Positions 60,909-61,687 of a stretch of DNA of 61,687 nucleotides are shown here, piece after piece. Under the pieces are notes generated by a model. It was not told the origin of the DNA. It searched no databases and saw only the letters and a list, made by a program, of their open reading frames with translations. The stretch lies in the NCBI GenBank assembly GCA_021413585.1, contig JAIOQB010000204.1, positions 1 to 61,687 of the forward strand. Direction: 5' to 3'. The stretch is from Planctomycetia bacterium (GTDB lineage Bacteria; Planctomycetota; Planctomycetia; Pirellulales; UBA7805). Both the position numbers and the translations under genes were made by a program. Positions within the stretch are counted from its first letter, which is position 1; each line of letters begins with the position of its first letter.

Positions 60909-61687
60909 ATGATTGCTTGTGCCCACGCTGAATACCGAACCAACGGCAAAGACCGCCACGGCAACACCCGCTATCGCTGCCGGTTCTGTGGCAAGACTTG
61001 GGTGGAAGTCCAGCCCGTCAAGCCGCTGGGGGATATGACGGTCCCCGTGGCCGATGCCAAGCTGGTGTTGCGGCTGCTGACTGAGGGATCGTCAATTCGC
61101 AGCGCCGAGCGGATTACGGGCGTCAACCGCAACACGATTTGCAAGCTGCTGGTTTACTTCGGGGAAGCCTGCCAGACGTTCCTGGACAAGCGGATGCAGG
61201 GCCTCACGCTGACTCACCTGCAATTCGACGAGCAGTGGACTTGGGTAGGCAAGAAAAATAGCCGCGTCCACATTGAAGAGCGCCGCGAGCGGGCCGACGT
61301 GGGGGATATTTATGTTTGGACCTGCATCGACCAAAAGACCAAGCTCATGCCCGCGTTCCTGCTGGGGAAGCGTACCGCCGACAATGCCCGCCGGTTTATG
61401 ATGGATGTAGCCAGCCGGCTGGTAATGCCCAAGCCGCACGCCAGCGACGCGCACCGCTACCAAGCTGGCGGATACACCACGATTACCCAGATCAGCACAG
61501 ACGGCTTTGCGGCCTATCCTGAGGCGGTCGATTTGGCCTTTGGCCCCTACGTGAAATACGGCGTGCTGGTGAAGGATTACAAAAACGCGAACATGATCTA
61601 CACCCCCAGCGAAATGGTGGGCAGCAAGCGCAAGGGGATAGTCGGAATAGAGGGGAATCAGAAGTGGTCGATTTGCACTTCGCACGT
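60909..61687 (+). mobile_element. IS1-family DDE transposase (single ORF), truncated by the window end
   Basis: Hand translation: zinc ribbon C..NGKDRHGNTRYRCRFCGKTW, HTH GSSIRSAERITGVNRNTI, QFDEQW, ISTDGFAAY, ICTSH(V..); no stop before the window edge. Confidence 0.92.

Noticed and set aside
61092-61685. 197-aa minus-strand ORF
   Set aside because: It is antisense to the transposase.

Overview
High-GC Planctomycetota (Pirellulales-like) chromosomal segment; the taxonomy is inferred from gene content, not from a marker gene. About 58 kb is core or lineage-specific DNA: tilS, a probable 6S RNA before rny-ymdB, a vWA protein, a DacZ-like diadenylate cyclase, nnrE, guaB, proC, efpL, ettA, guaA, surE, an amino-acid ABC transporter, eno, psd-pssA-ribE, rsmA, a paaK-like/pabB/pabA operon and a split pyruvate:ferredoxin oxidoreductase. 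This part is dense in short repeats. It carries at least 6 REP-like palindrome families and several heptamer/nonamer tandem arrays, and some of these have entered or truncated genes (tilS, pabB, the gene before dac). The last ~3.5 kb is an A/T-richer accessory module. From left to right: a sigma70 promoter, a short terminated leader, a DUF3467-like gene, a small gene, a PemK/MazF-like gene, an unannotated tRNA-like RNA with a non-canonical 9/3 (allo-tRNA-type) fold and UAU anticodon, an unannotated RHH gene, and a divergent IS1-family transposase that runs off the window. This tRNA/toxin/transposon module is the best candidate for an undescribed system. Product calls come from motifs I recognised by eye; no database searches were run.
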